From contig FR880111.1 in the NCBI GenBank assembly GCA_000434555.1, forward strand, positions 2,161 to 66,160: a stretch of DNA of 64,000 nucleotides, in the 5' to 3' direction. The stretch is from Clostridium sp. CAG:524 (GTDB taxonomy: Bacteria; Bacillota_I; Bacilli_A; RF39; UBA660). Positions 1 to 7,779 of the stretch are shown piece after piece. Numbering within the stretch: position 1 is the stretch's first letter; the number at the start of each line of letters is the position of its first letter. A program made the position numbers and the translations under genes. The notes beneath the pieces were generated by a model. That model did no database searches, was not told the DNA's origin, and was given only the letters and a program-made list of their open reading frames with translations.

Positions 1-653
1 AATACACCTGTCATTACTAAGTCTAAATTAAATACTTGTGAACCATATAATATTAAATAACCAATTCCTGCTTTAGAAGTTAAGAATTCTCCCATAATTA
101 CGCCAATTAAACACATTGATATATTTATCTTAAATGTATTTAGTATTGTCTTTTTATTTTCTTGTAACACCACATTTAATAATATATCTTTTTTAGATGC
201 ACCAAATGTTTTTAATAATTTTATTTTTAATTTATCTGTACTTACAAATCCATTATATATTGTTTGTATACTTACTATTAATGAGATAAGTATAGCCATT
301 AATATAATACTTTTTATATTAGCACCTATCCATATTATTATAATAGGGCCAAGTGCTACTTTTGGAAGACTATTTAATATTGTAAGATATGGATCTAATA
401 CTTTAGCAATAAAACTATGATTATAAAGTATAATTGATATTAATAATGATAGTATACTTGTTATTACAAATGATATTAATGTTTCTTTTACAGTAACAAA
501 TATGTGAGTAAATAAATTATTTTGAATATATAAATTCTTAATAGTAATAAGTATTTTTTTAGGTGAGCTAGTTATAAATGTATTAATTATGTTTTTATTT
601 GATAATATTTGCCATATAAGTATAAATAGTATGAATATTGATATTTGAGTCAT
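1..653 (-). CDS. ABC transporter permease, NitT/TauT (nitrate/sulfonate/taurine) type; 3' end cut by window edge
   Basis: Absent from the ORF track because it runs off the window. My own minus-strand translation from ATG 653-651 gives MTQISIFILFILIWQILSNK...LPKVALGPIIIIWIGAN...MCLIGVIMGEFLTSKAGIGYLILYG. The protein is polytopic and lies directly downstream of the ATPase gene in the same operon. Confidence 0.75.
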   Translation of the reverse strand, partial: MTQISIFILFILIWQILSNKNIINTFITSSPKKILITIKNLYIQNNLFTHIFVTVKETLISFVITSILSLLISIILYNHSFIAKVLDPYLTILNSLPKVALGPIIIIWIGANIKSIILMAILISLIVSIQTIYNGFVSTDKLKIKLLKTFGASKKDILLNVVLQENKKTILNTFKINISMCLIGVIMGEFLTSKAGIGYLILYGSQVFNLDLVMTGV

Positions 654-705
654 AAGAATAATTATTTTATTTCTTTTAATCTTTTTTAAAAAGTCTTTTT
701 GTTCT

Positions 706-1461
706 TTACTCATTATTATCAATTTCCTTCCATATTAGGTCATAATATTCTCTAAATAATGGGTCTTTTCTATTTTCAATTGGACCTTTTTTATCTTGTA
801 AAGTAATTGTATGTATATTTTTAATAACAGCAGGTCTATTTGAAAGAACTATTATTTTATCACACATAGAAATTGCTTCACTAATATCATGTGTTACGAT
901 TAATACTGTTTTTTGTTCTTCTTTTATTATATTGTAAACATCATTACTAACTTTTAATCTTGTTTGATAATCTAATGCACCAAATGGCTCATCTAAAAGT
1001 AATATATCAGGATTACAAGCAAGAGTTCTAATAAGAGCTAGTCTTTGTTTCATACCACCAGATAGTTCATTTGGATATTTATCTTTAAAACTATAAAGTC
1101 CATATTTTATAAGTAAATTTATTGTAAAATCTTTTGTATTATCATTTAACTTTTTAGATATTTTAAGACCTAATATTGCATTATCATATATTGTTAACCA
1201 TGGAAATAAGCATGCATCTTGAAGCATATATCCAATAGTAATATTATCTTTTATAGATATATTTCCAGAGTATTCAGTTTCAAGTGATGAAATAATATTT
1301 AATATTGAACTTTTACCACATCCGGATGGACCAATTATACCTATAAATTCATTTTTATATAAGTCAAAGGATATATTATCAAGTGCTTTAGTTTCACCAT
1401 GTATTGAGTGATAAGTTTTACTTATATTATTAAGTGATAGTAATTTATTTGTTGAATTCAT
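706..1461 (-). CDS. ABC transporter ATP-binding protein (NitT/TauT family)
   Basis: Walker A is GIIGPSGCGKSS. ABC signature LSGGMKQR and Walker B LLLDEP are both present. It overlaps the upstream binding-protein gene by 17 nt. Confidence 0.9.
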   Translation of the reverse strand: MNSTNKLLSLNNISKTYHSIHGETKALDNISFDLYKNEFIGIIGPSGCGKSSILNIISSLETEYSGNISIKDNITIGYMLQDACLFPWLTIYDNAILGLKISKKLNDNTKDFTINLLIKYGLYSFKDKYPNELSGGMKQRLALIRTLACNPDILLLDEPFGALDYQTRLKVSNDVYNIIKEEQKTVLIVTHDISEAISMCDKIIVLSNRPAVIKNIHTITLQDKKGPIENRKDPLFREYYDLIWKEIDNNE

Positions 1462-2428
1462 TTGTTATTAATATATTAGAATCTAGTTTATTATTTATAA
1501 ATTTACCATAGTAAAGTATATCTATTAATTTGTCATAATCTTTACTATTAACATATGTATTATCATACCATGAGTCTGCATTTTTATATCTATCTATTAG
1601 TATTGCTAAATCTTTTAAACTTGTATCAGGAAATTGATTTATTATTACTTTTGCGATAGTTTCACTGTCATTTTCTCTAGTGAATTTTATACCTTTATTA
1701 AGAGCATTATTAAATCTTTGTATCAATCCTTTATTGTTATTTATAAATTCTTCACGAGCATAAAATGCTGTATATGGAACTATTCCTGATAAGTTACCAA
1801 GTGATGTAAGAGGGCAACCATATCCTTGCTTTTCTATATTTAAAGCATTTGGTTCAAATAGATTTACAAAGTCTCCTTGACCACTTATATAAGAACCTGT
1901 AAGAGCACTAAACTCTATACTTGTATCAATATTAATATCACTTTCATTAATACCATTTTCATGAAGAGCATATTTAAACATTAATAATGGCATACCACCA
2001 TTTCTACCAGCAAGTATCTTTTTACCTTTTAAATCATTAAGTGTAAAATTGTCTTTTAGTTTACAGTCTCCAACTATAAATTGTCCATCTCTTTTAGTTA
2101 AAGATGCGAATGTAAGTAGTTTTTCTTTAGAATTATTATAAATGTAAACAGTTGCCTCAGGTCCAGAAAATCCAATATTAACATCTTTACTTAATACAGC
2201 TGTTCCAACTTTATCAGCACCAGGAGTAAGTACTACTTCAATATCAATATTCTCATCTTTAAAGTATCCATTTTCTATAGATACATACCATGGAGTATAA
2301 AATACAGAATGTGTTACTTCTGCAACAACTAACTTTTTATTTTTAGATTCTTTTTCTCTTATACCAATTATTATAGTTAAAACTATTATTGCGATTAATG
2401 AAAAGATAGTTAAAAATATTTTTTTCAT
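1445..2428 (-). CDS. ABC transporter substrate-binding protein (NMT1/SsuA-like), membrane-anchored
   Basis: N-terminal hydrophobic anchor IFLTIFSLIAIIVLTIIIGI. First gene of the binding-protein/ATPase/permease operon. Size and periplasmic-binding-protein-like composition fit. The family call is from context plus general similarity. Confidence 0.65.
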   Translation of the reverse strand: MKKIFLTIFSLIAIIVLTIIIGIREKESKNKKLVVAEVTHSVFYTPWYVSIENGYFKDENIDIEVVLTPGADKVGTAVLSKDVNIGFSGPEATVYIYNNSKEKLLTFASLTKRDGQFIVGDCKLKDNFTLNDLKGKKILAGRNGGMPLLMFKYALHENGINESDINIDTSIEFSALTGSYISGQGDFVNLFEPNALNIEKQGYGCPLTSLGNLSGIVPYTAFYAREEFINNNKGLIQRFNNALNKGIKFTRENDSETIAKVIINQFPDTSLKDLAILIDRYKNADSWYDNTYVNSKDYDKLIDILYYGKFINNKLDSNILITNEFNK

Positions 2429-2546
2429 ATATCCTCACTTTCATATTTAATATATTCAAATATAATAAATTTGTTATTTATATATTGAATTTTTTTATTT
2501 ATCATTATATAATTAGTTTGTATAATGTGAAGGTAAGGAGGATGTA

Positions 2547-3662
2547 ATGAGGTGCTTAGCAAATGTTTTTTTAAAACAAAAAGCTAAATGCATTCTTAGA
2601 AATGTTGATATACTTGTTTCTAAAGAACTAAAACCTTATCCTAAAGATATAGAATGTTTTGAAATTTGTGTCGATAAGTTTTATGAATATTTTATATTTG
2701 GGAGAAGAGATATTACTAATACTTTAAATGAGTATGAAGATATTTTTAATAAGTATGATGTTGATAATATTGTAATAAAAAGAATGCTTTTACTTATATT
2801 TGAAAATGTTGTTGATTATTTAGATATTATCAATAATCCAGTGGAATTTGAATGGTATTATTTAGTTGCTAAAATGATGCTTTTATGTATTATGTTAGAA
2901 GAACTAACTAATTCGCTTACAGTTCCTAAGGTAGACTATTATACTGCGATTAAATTATTAGAAAAAAAGAATAGTTATTTATTTGATGATGAATCTAAAA
3001 AACTATTTAATGATAATTATTTAAAGATAATTAAGAATATCACTAAAAGTGTTAGTTCTAGTAAGAAATGTTTAAACATGCTATCAAAAAGTCCATTAAA
3101 AGTATATTACGATTACATGGGTAATATAGATGGGTATAATTTATTTATTTCTAAAGTTAATTTTGATAAAAAATACTTTGAAGGAATAGATGAATCTCAT
3201 GCTTTTGATGCTTTTGTTAAATATGGATTTGCTCTTGATTTTAAGTATATTGAAGCAGAACATATATCTTTTGAAGTTATTAAAAATGTTTTTGATAATA
3301 AACCTAATACATTATATTTCGTAAAGCTTCCAAATGATTTCTTTAAGCTTAAAACTAATATTACTAAAATGTATAATATTGTAGAACCTAAAACAATACG
3401 TAATTTTGTATTCTTAGTTCCATATAAGGAATTTATGAATAGAGATGTTAAAGTAAAAGAACTAAAAAATTATGGATTTAAATTAGGTGTATATGATTTT
3501 AATACAGTTGAAAGTAAAAGTCTTAAATTAAAGAACGTAATTGATTATGTTTATTTTAAGCATAATAAGGTATCTAATTATAATAGTATTGTTGAATTTT
3601 CACACAATATAGGAGCAACAATAATAGAAAATGATGGTAATACTTATAAAGTGTACAAATAG
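2547..3662 (+). CDS. Cytoplasmic protein of unknown function; C-terminal half resembles a degenerate EAL (c-di-GMP phosphodiesterase-like) domain
   Basis: RBS AAGGAGG at 2533-2539. No TM segment. C-terminal strings LKNYGFKLGVYDFNTVESKSLKLKNVIDYVYFKHN and SIVEFSHNIGATIIENDG align by eye with the EAL blocks l+..G..ialDDFGtGyssl..l..l..d.iKiD and ivkaii.la..lgi.viAEGVE, but the catalytic residues are replaced. It is 7 nt upstream of the next gene, so it is co-operonic with locus A. Confidence 0.55.
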   Translation: MRCLANVFLKQKAKCILRNVDILVSKELKPYPKDIECFEICVDKFYEYFIFGRRDITNTLNEYEDIFNKYDVDNIVIKRMLLLIFENVVDYLDIINNPVEFEWYYLVAKMMLLCIMLEELTNSLTVPKVDYYTAIKLLEKKNSYLFDDESKKLFNDNYLKIIKNITKSVSSSKKCLNMLSKSPLKVYYDYMGNIDGYNLFISKVNFDKKYFEGIDESHAFDAFVKYGFALDFKYIEAEHISFEVIKNVFDNKPNTLYFVKLPNDFFKLKTNITKMYNIVEPKTIRNFVFLVPYKEFMNRDVKVKELKNYGFKLGVYDFNTVESKSLKLKNVIDYVYFKHNKVSNYNSIVEFSHNIGATIIENDGNTYKVYK

Positions 3663-3669
3663 GTGAATC

Positions 3670-4362
3670 ATGAATAATAATGTAATAAAAGTTAAAGCAG
3701 AAAAAATATATAGAGGAAAACTTTTATCAAGAGTTATTAAGATGGGATTACTTATTTTATTACTATTTTTTTCATTATTATATTTAGTACTATATGTTGT
3801 CAATAGTAATGGATATTTTACTATTAAATTAGACAAGAATTTGAAAGCTGAAAGACATATACTTTTATCTTCTGACTCAGAATTTTCTACTGAAACTGTG
3901 GAAATTAAAGTAAAAGGATTAGAGTATATGGATAATATTACTGAATCATGGATACCAATGGATGAAGTAATAAAAAAAGAGGGCGATAATAGTGGTGATA
4001 ACTATATTGCTTATACATACTTTATAAAAAATGATGGAGAACAAAAAGCCGATTATAAAAGTAAGATTGTTGTCGAATCAGTTATAAAGAATGTAGATGA
4101 TGCTGTTAGGGTTGCGGTATTTACTAATGGCGAAAAAAAAGTTTATGCTAAAAAGGCAAAAAATGGTAAAGAGGAGCCAAATACAATTGCGTTTTTATCA
4201 AATCATTTAATTATGGAACAAGAAAGAAATGGGTTAGAACCTGGACAAATGGACAGGTATACAATTCTTGTTTGGTTAGAAGGAAAAGACCCGGAATGCA
4301 TCGATGACATTATTGGCGGAGAAATGAAAATGTCAATGGTAATCACTGAAAAAAGTGAATAA
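3670..4362 (+). CDS. Membrane-anchored paralog of the locus-A secreted family (TapA-like role possible)
   Basis: N-terminal TM is MGLLILLLFFSLLYLVLYVV followed by NSNGYFT, a variant of the SYAWF motif. The C-terminal motif YTILVWLEGKDPECIDD is shared with the 4377, 8897 and 10065 products. Confidence 0.6.
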   Translation: MNNNVIKVKAEKIYRGKLLSRVIKMGLLILLLFFSLLYLVLYVVNSNGYFTIKLDKNLKAERHILLSSDSEFSTETVEIKVKGLEYMDNITESWIPMDEVIKKEGDNSGDNYIAYTYFIKNDGEQKADYKSKIVVESVIKNVDDAVRVAVFTNGEKKVYAKKAKNGKEEPNTIAFLSNHLIMEQERNGLEPGQMDRYTILVWLEGKDPECIDDIIGGEMKMSMVITEKSE

Positions 4363-4376
4363 TTTAGAGAAAGGAA

Positions 4377-5480
4377 ATGTATATGGAAAATCAAAATGAT
4401 AATTCTACAAATAATACTTTTCAACAAGCAGAAGTAGTTACTCCTGTTGAAAATAAAGTTGTAGAAGAAACTAAAAAAGAAAAAAAAGAAGAATCTAATG
4501 ATGGTAGAAAAAAGATTCTTACAGCTTTCTTAATGTTAATAGTAACAGCTATTTCATTAACAACAGCATCATATGCATGGTTCACAGAAAATACAACTGT
4601 AACTGTTGATAGTATTGATGTTAATGTTAGTGCAGCAAATGGTATCCAAGTTTCTGTTGATGCTGTTAACTGGAAAGCTAATATTACTACTGCAGAAATA
4701 ACTGGTTCTGCATATCAAGGTAATACTAATCAATTACCTAGTCAAATTGTACCAGTTTCAACAATCGGAGAAGTTGATACAACTACAGGATTTATGAAAA
4801 TGTTTAAAGGAAGTATTGAAGCTGATGCTGGTACTGCTCATGGTTATAAAATAGTTGCTTCACGTTCAACTGAACAAGCAGGCACACTTGGAGACTTTAT
4901 AGCATTTGACTTATTCTTACTTGCTACACAACCAACAACTGTATATTTAACAACAACTTCAGATGTTATTGCTAGTGGAGCTGACACTGGACTAAAAAAT
5001 GCAGCTAGAGTTGCATTCCTATATGAAGGTAGTGCAGCTACTGGTGCTAGTGCTGATGCTATCGCACTTAAAGGTGCTACATCTCATGGAAATGGAAATA
5101 CAAATATATTCTGGGAACCAAATAACAATATACATAAACCAGGAGGAGTTGCTCAAGCGCAAAACTACGGACAAACTAGTTTTACAACTAATACAGTAGT
5201 TCCAAATTATTTAGGTATTAAGGCTGATATTACTGCAGAAACAGCACTTGATTATCAATCTAATAGTGCTACATATTTTGATACTGTTACACCTGATATA
5301 ACAACTCCAGAAGATAATAATGCTAATGGAGAATATAAAACACTATTTAATTTAGCAGCTGGTATTAATAAAGTAAGAATATATGGATGGGTAGAAGGAC
5401 AAGATTACGACTGTGAAAACAACGCATCTGGTACTAATATCAAATTTAATATTCAAATATCTAAGAATGCTAATCCATAA
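4377..5480 (+). CDS. SipW-dependent-type signal peptide protein, TasA/camelysin-like; candidate major fibre subunit
   Basis: Hydrophobic segment ILTAFLMLIVTAISLTTASYAWFTENTTV ends in the SipW-cognate motif. The mature part is rich in Ala/Thr/Gly/Asn. C-terminal motif is VRIYGWVEGQDYDCENN. The gene lies immediately upstream of a SipW-type peptidase. ATG at 4383 has better RBS spacing than 4377. Confidence 0.7.
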   Translation: MYMENQNDNSTNNTFQQAEVVTPVENKVVEETKKEKKEESNDGRKKILTAFLMLIVTAISLTTASYAWFTENTTVTVDSIDVNVSAANGIQVSVDAVNWKANITTAEITGSAYQGNTNQLPSQIVPVSTIGEVDTTTGFMKMFKGSIEADAGTAHGYKIVASRSTEQAGTLGDFIAFDLFLLATQPTTVYLTTTSDVIASGADTGLKNAARVAFLYEGSAATGASADAIALKGATSHGNGNTNIFWEPNNNIHKPGGVAQAQNYGQTSFTTNTVVPNYLGIKADITAETALDYQSNSATYFDTVTPDITTPEDNNANGEYKTLFNLAAGINKVRIYGWVEGQDYDCENNASGTNIKFNIQISKNANP

Positions 5481-5498
5481 TAGAGAAAGAGGTGTAGA

Positions 5499-6053
5499 AT
5501 GAAAGGGAAAAAAATATTTAAGGTTATTTTAGATGTGTTAGTGTGGATAATTATTATCCTTGCTGCTAGTGTTACTTTGATTACACTAACTTCTCGTGAA
5601 AAAGGAGTTTCTCAAGTATTTGGATATGTGCCATTAAATATTCAAACAGGATCAATGGAACCTACAATTATGACTGATGATTTAATCATCACAAAACAAT
5701 ATGATGGTAAGAGTGAACTTAAAGAGGGAGATGTTATCTCATTTAGAGCAACAGAACAAGATACTTATATCATTAAAACACACCGTATTAAGTCTGTTTT
5801 AACTGTTAATGGTATGACTTCATATGTTACTCAAGGTGATAATAATACCGGTGAAGATCCTCAACAAGTAGCTCCTGGTGATATTATTTCTGTATGGAAT
5901 GGAACAAGAATTCCTAAATTAGGAGCTGTTCTTACATTCTTAAAGACTAAAGTTGGATTCTTTGTATGTATAATATTACCACTTGCAGCATTCTTTATAT
6001 ATCAATTATATAAATTTATAATGCTATTACTTGATTATAAAAAAGTTAAATGA
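5499..6053 (+). CDS. Signal peptidase I, SipW/ER-archaeal type (copy 1)
   Basis: N-terminal TM. Catalytic Ser box GSMEPTI, His box IIKTHRI, then TQGDNNTGEDP. C-terminal TM is FFVCIILPLAAFFIY. This layout is typical of SipW/Sec11-type peptidases. Confidence 0.8.
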   Translation: MKGKKIFKVILDVLVWIIIILAASVTLITLTSREKGVSQVFGYVPLNIQTGSMEPTIMTDDLIITKQYDGKSELKEGDVISFRATEQDTYIIKTHRIKSVLTVNGMTSYVTQGDNNTGEDPQQVAPGDIISVWNGTRIPKLGAVLTFLKTKVGFFVCIILPLAAFFIYQLYKFIMLLLDYKKVK

Positions 6054-6068
6054 TTTGTTATATAAATT

Positions 6069-6091
6069 GACTACGAAAGTAGTCTTTTTTA
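6069..6091 (+). terminator. Rho-independent terminator after locus-A module 1
   Basis: The sequence is gactac-gaaa-gtagtc followed by tttttt. Confidence 0.6.
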
Positions 6092-6115
6092 TTGTAGTAA
6101 AATATTGTATTTTTC

Positions 6116-6163
6116 TTGTAATTCTATATTCAAATATGATAAAATTAATATGAATATAGAATT
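6116..6163 (+). promoter_or_regulatory. Putative sigma-A promoter overlapped by a perfect 13-bp inverted repeat (candidate operator) for locus-A module 2
   Basis: The -35 is TTGTAA at 6116-6121. An 18-nt spacer leads to the TGn-extended -10 TGATAAAAT at 6137-6145. Inverted-repeat arms are aattctatattca (6120-6132) and tgaatatagaatt (6151-6163). Confidence 0.4.
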
Positions 6164-6183
6164 AAGAATAGAGGTGAAGAGAA

Positions 6184-7764
6184 TTGTCAACATATATGAG
6201 ATTTTTATATGACTTTATGGAACAATTCTTTTCTGGAGTTATAAATATTTTTATGGGTGTTGTTAGAGGATTTGGAAAGATGTTTAACTTTAAAGCATAC
6301 TTATCAATACTTAAAGAATATTCTTCAGAATTTTCAGTTGGTCAATGGATATTAGTAGGAGTAGCAGTACTTTTAGTATTCGCTTTTTTAGCAGGAATAT
6401 GTTTCTTAATATATCTACTTATAAGAAAATATTTAAGATTTAGAAAAACACTTGTTGAACAAGAAAGTTTGCTTGAAGAAGTAGCTAAACTTGATAGAGA
6501 TGTTATAAGACTTAATCAAGAAAAAGAAGAATTATATGCTTTAAAAGTTTCTCAAATAGGACTTACTCCACAAGTCAGTGGAAGTAATATAAAAATGGAT
6601 ATGCCAAAAGAAATTAAAGAAGAAAATGGTGAAGAAAGTGCTGAAGGTGAAAAAGCTGAAGAAGTTCCAACTGAAGCAGCTAATGGAAGCAGATTCTTTA
6701 AATTAACTCAAATAGATGAGGAGTATGCTAATAAGACACCTGAAAACTTTGGCAATACATTTACACTTGAAGAATTATGTGAAACATTTAGAAATTTTGC
6801 AGCATCAAGAATGAAACTATATTATAAAATTAAAATTATTAGATTATTTGTAGCAGCTCTTGGAGCAACAAGACTTGTAATTTTACAAGGTATCTCTGGT
6901 ACAGGTAAAACATCACTACCATATGCGTGGGGTAAATTCATAAGTAGAGATGCAACTATCGCATCAGTACAACCATCATGGAGAGATAGAACTGAACTTT
7001 TTGGATACTTCAACGAATTTACTAAGAAGTTTAATGAAACAGAAGTTTTAAAAGCAATGTATGAAGCAAGCTATAATGATGAAATGTATTTAACAATACT
7101 AGATGAAATGAATATCGCTCGTGTTGAATACTATTTTGCGGAAATGCTATCAATATTAGAAATGCCTTCTCGTGATGAATGGGTAATTGACTTAGTACCT
7201 AATGTATGGCCAAACGATCCAAAACATTTACCTGATGGAAAACTTAAAATACCAGATAACATGTGGTACATTGGTACAATCAATAACGATGATTCAACAT
7301 TCATGGTTACTGATAAAGTTTACGACCGTGCTATGCCAATAGACATAAATGATAAAGGTCAAGCATTTGATGCTCCTGATACACCTGGTATTAGAATTAA
7401 CAGTAGTTACTTAGAAAGCTTATTTAATAAAGCAAAAGCAGAACATCCAGTATCACAAGATACATTAAATAAACTTGAAGACATGGATAATTATGTTATT
7501 GAACATTTTAGACTTGCCTTTGGTAATCGTATCGTTAAACATATCAAAGAATTCGTTCCAGTTTATGTAGCGTGCGGTGGTACTGAACTTGATGGATTTG
7601 ATTATATTCTTTGTAAAAAAGTCTTAAGAAAATTTGAACAATTAAACTTATCATTCATTCGTGATGAAATAGATGGATATGTTAAATTTTTAGATAAGAC
7701 ATTTGGCAAAGAAAATATGAGTGAATGTAAAGAATATTTAGCAAGACTTAAGAAAGCAATGTAA
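6184..7764 (+). CDS. Membrane-anchored McrB-like AAA+ (AAA_5/GTPase-type) NTPase with coiled-coil linker
   Basis: TTG start 7 nt after GAGGTG. TM WILVGVAVLLVFAFLAGICFLIYLLI is followed by the basic stretch RKYLRFRK, which places the C-terminal part in the cytoplasm. Coiled coil is LVEQESLLEEVAKLDRDVIRLNQEKEEL. Walker A is LQGISGTGKTSL. McrB-type blocks are SVQPSWRDRTELFGYF, LTILDEMNIARVEYYFAEMLSILE and WYIGTINNDDSTFMVTDKVYDRAMPI. Confidence 0.75.
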   Translation: MSTYMRFLYDFMEQFFSGVINIFMGVVRGFGKMFNFKAYLSILKEYSSEFSVGQWILVGVAVLLVFAFLAGICFLIYLLIRKYLRFRKTLVEQESLLEEVAKLDRDVIRLNQEKEELYALKVSQIGLTPQVSGSNIKMDMPKEIKEENGEESAEGEKAEEVPTEAANGSRFFKLTQIDEEYANKTPENFGNTFTLEELCETFRNFAASRMKLYYKIKIIRLFVAALGATRLVILQGISGTGKTSLPYAWGKFISRDATIASVQPSWRDRTELFGYFNEFTKKFNETEVLKAMYEASYNDEMYLTILDEMNIARVEYYFAEMLSILEMPSRDEWVIDLVPNVWPNDPKHLPDGKLKIPDNMWYIGTINNDDSTFMVTDKVYDRAMPIDINDKGQAFDAPDTPGIRINSSYLESLFNKAKAEHPVSQDTLNKLEDMDNYVIEHFRLAFGNRIVKHIKEFVPVYVACGGTELDGFDYILCKKVLRKFEQLNLSFIRDEIDGYVKFLDKTFGKENMSECKEYLARLKKAM

Positions 7765-7779
7765 TAAGAAAGGATTTGT

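Noticed and set aside
3600-3836. 78-aa minus-strand ORF spanning the 2547/3670 gene junction. Similar short antisense or out-of-frame ORFs are nested in real genes: 4203-4427, 4999-5199, 6822-7013, 7602-7817, 8253-8474, 8831-9199, 9652-9909, 15290-15472, 15594-15782, 21491-21760, 23610-23837, 23967-24161, 29334-29531, 32619-32837, 33281-33502, 36513-36740, 37311-37499, 38504-38752, 41495-41701, 44066-44359, 44177-44383, 44598-44780, 45275-45475, 48332-48541, 51834-52070, 52074-52319, 54827-55009, 59438-59647, 60655-60900 and 61614-61814.
   Set aside because: All lie inside longer ORFs that have clear motifs or operon context. They lack RBSs and have the Ile/Leu/Phe/Ser-rich composition expected from reading AT-rich coding DNA in the wrong frame.
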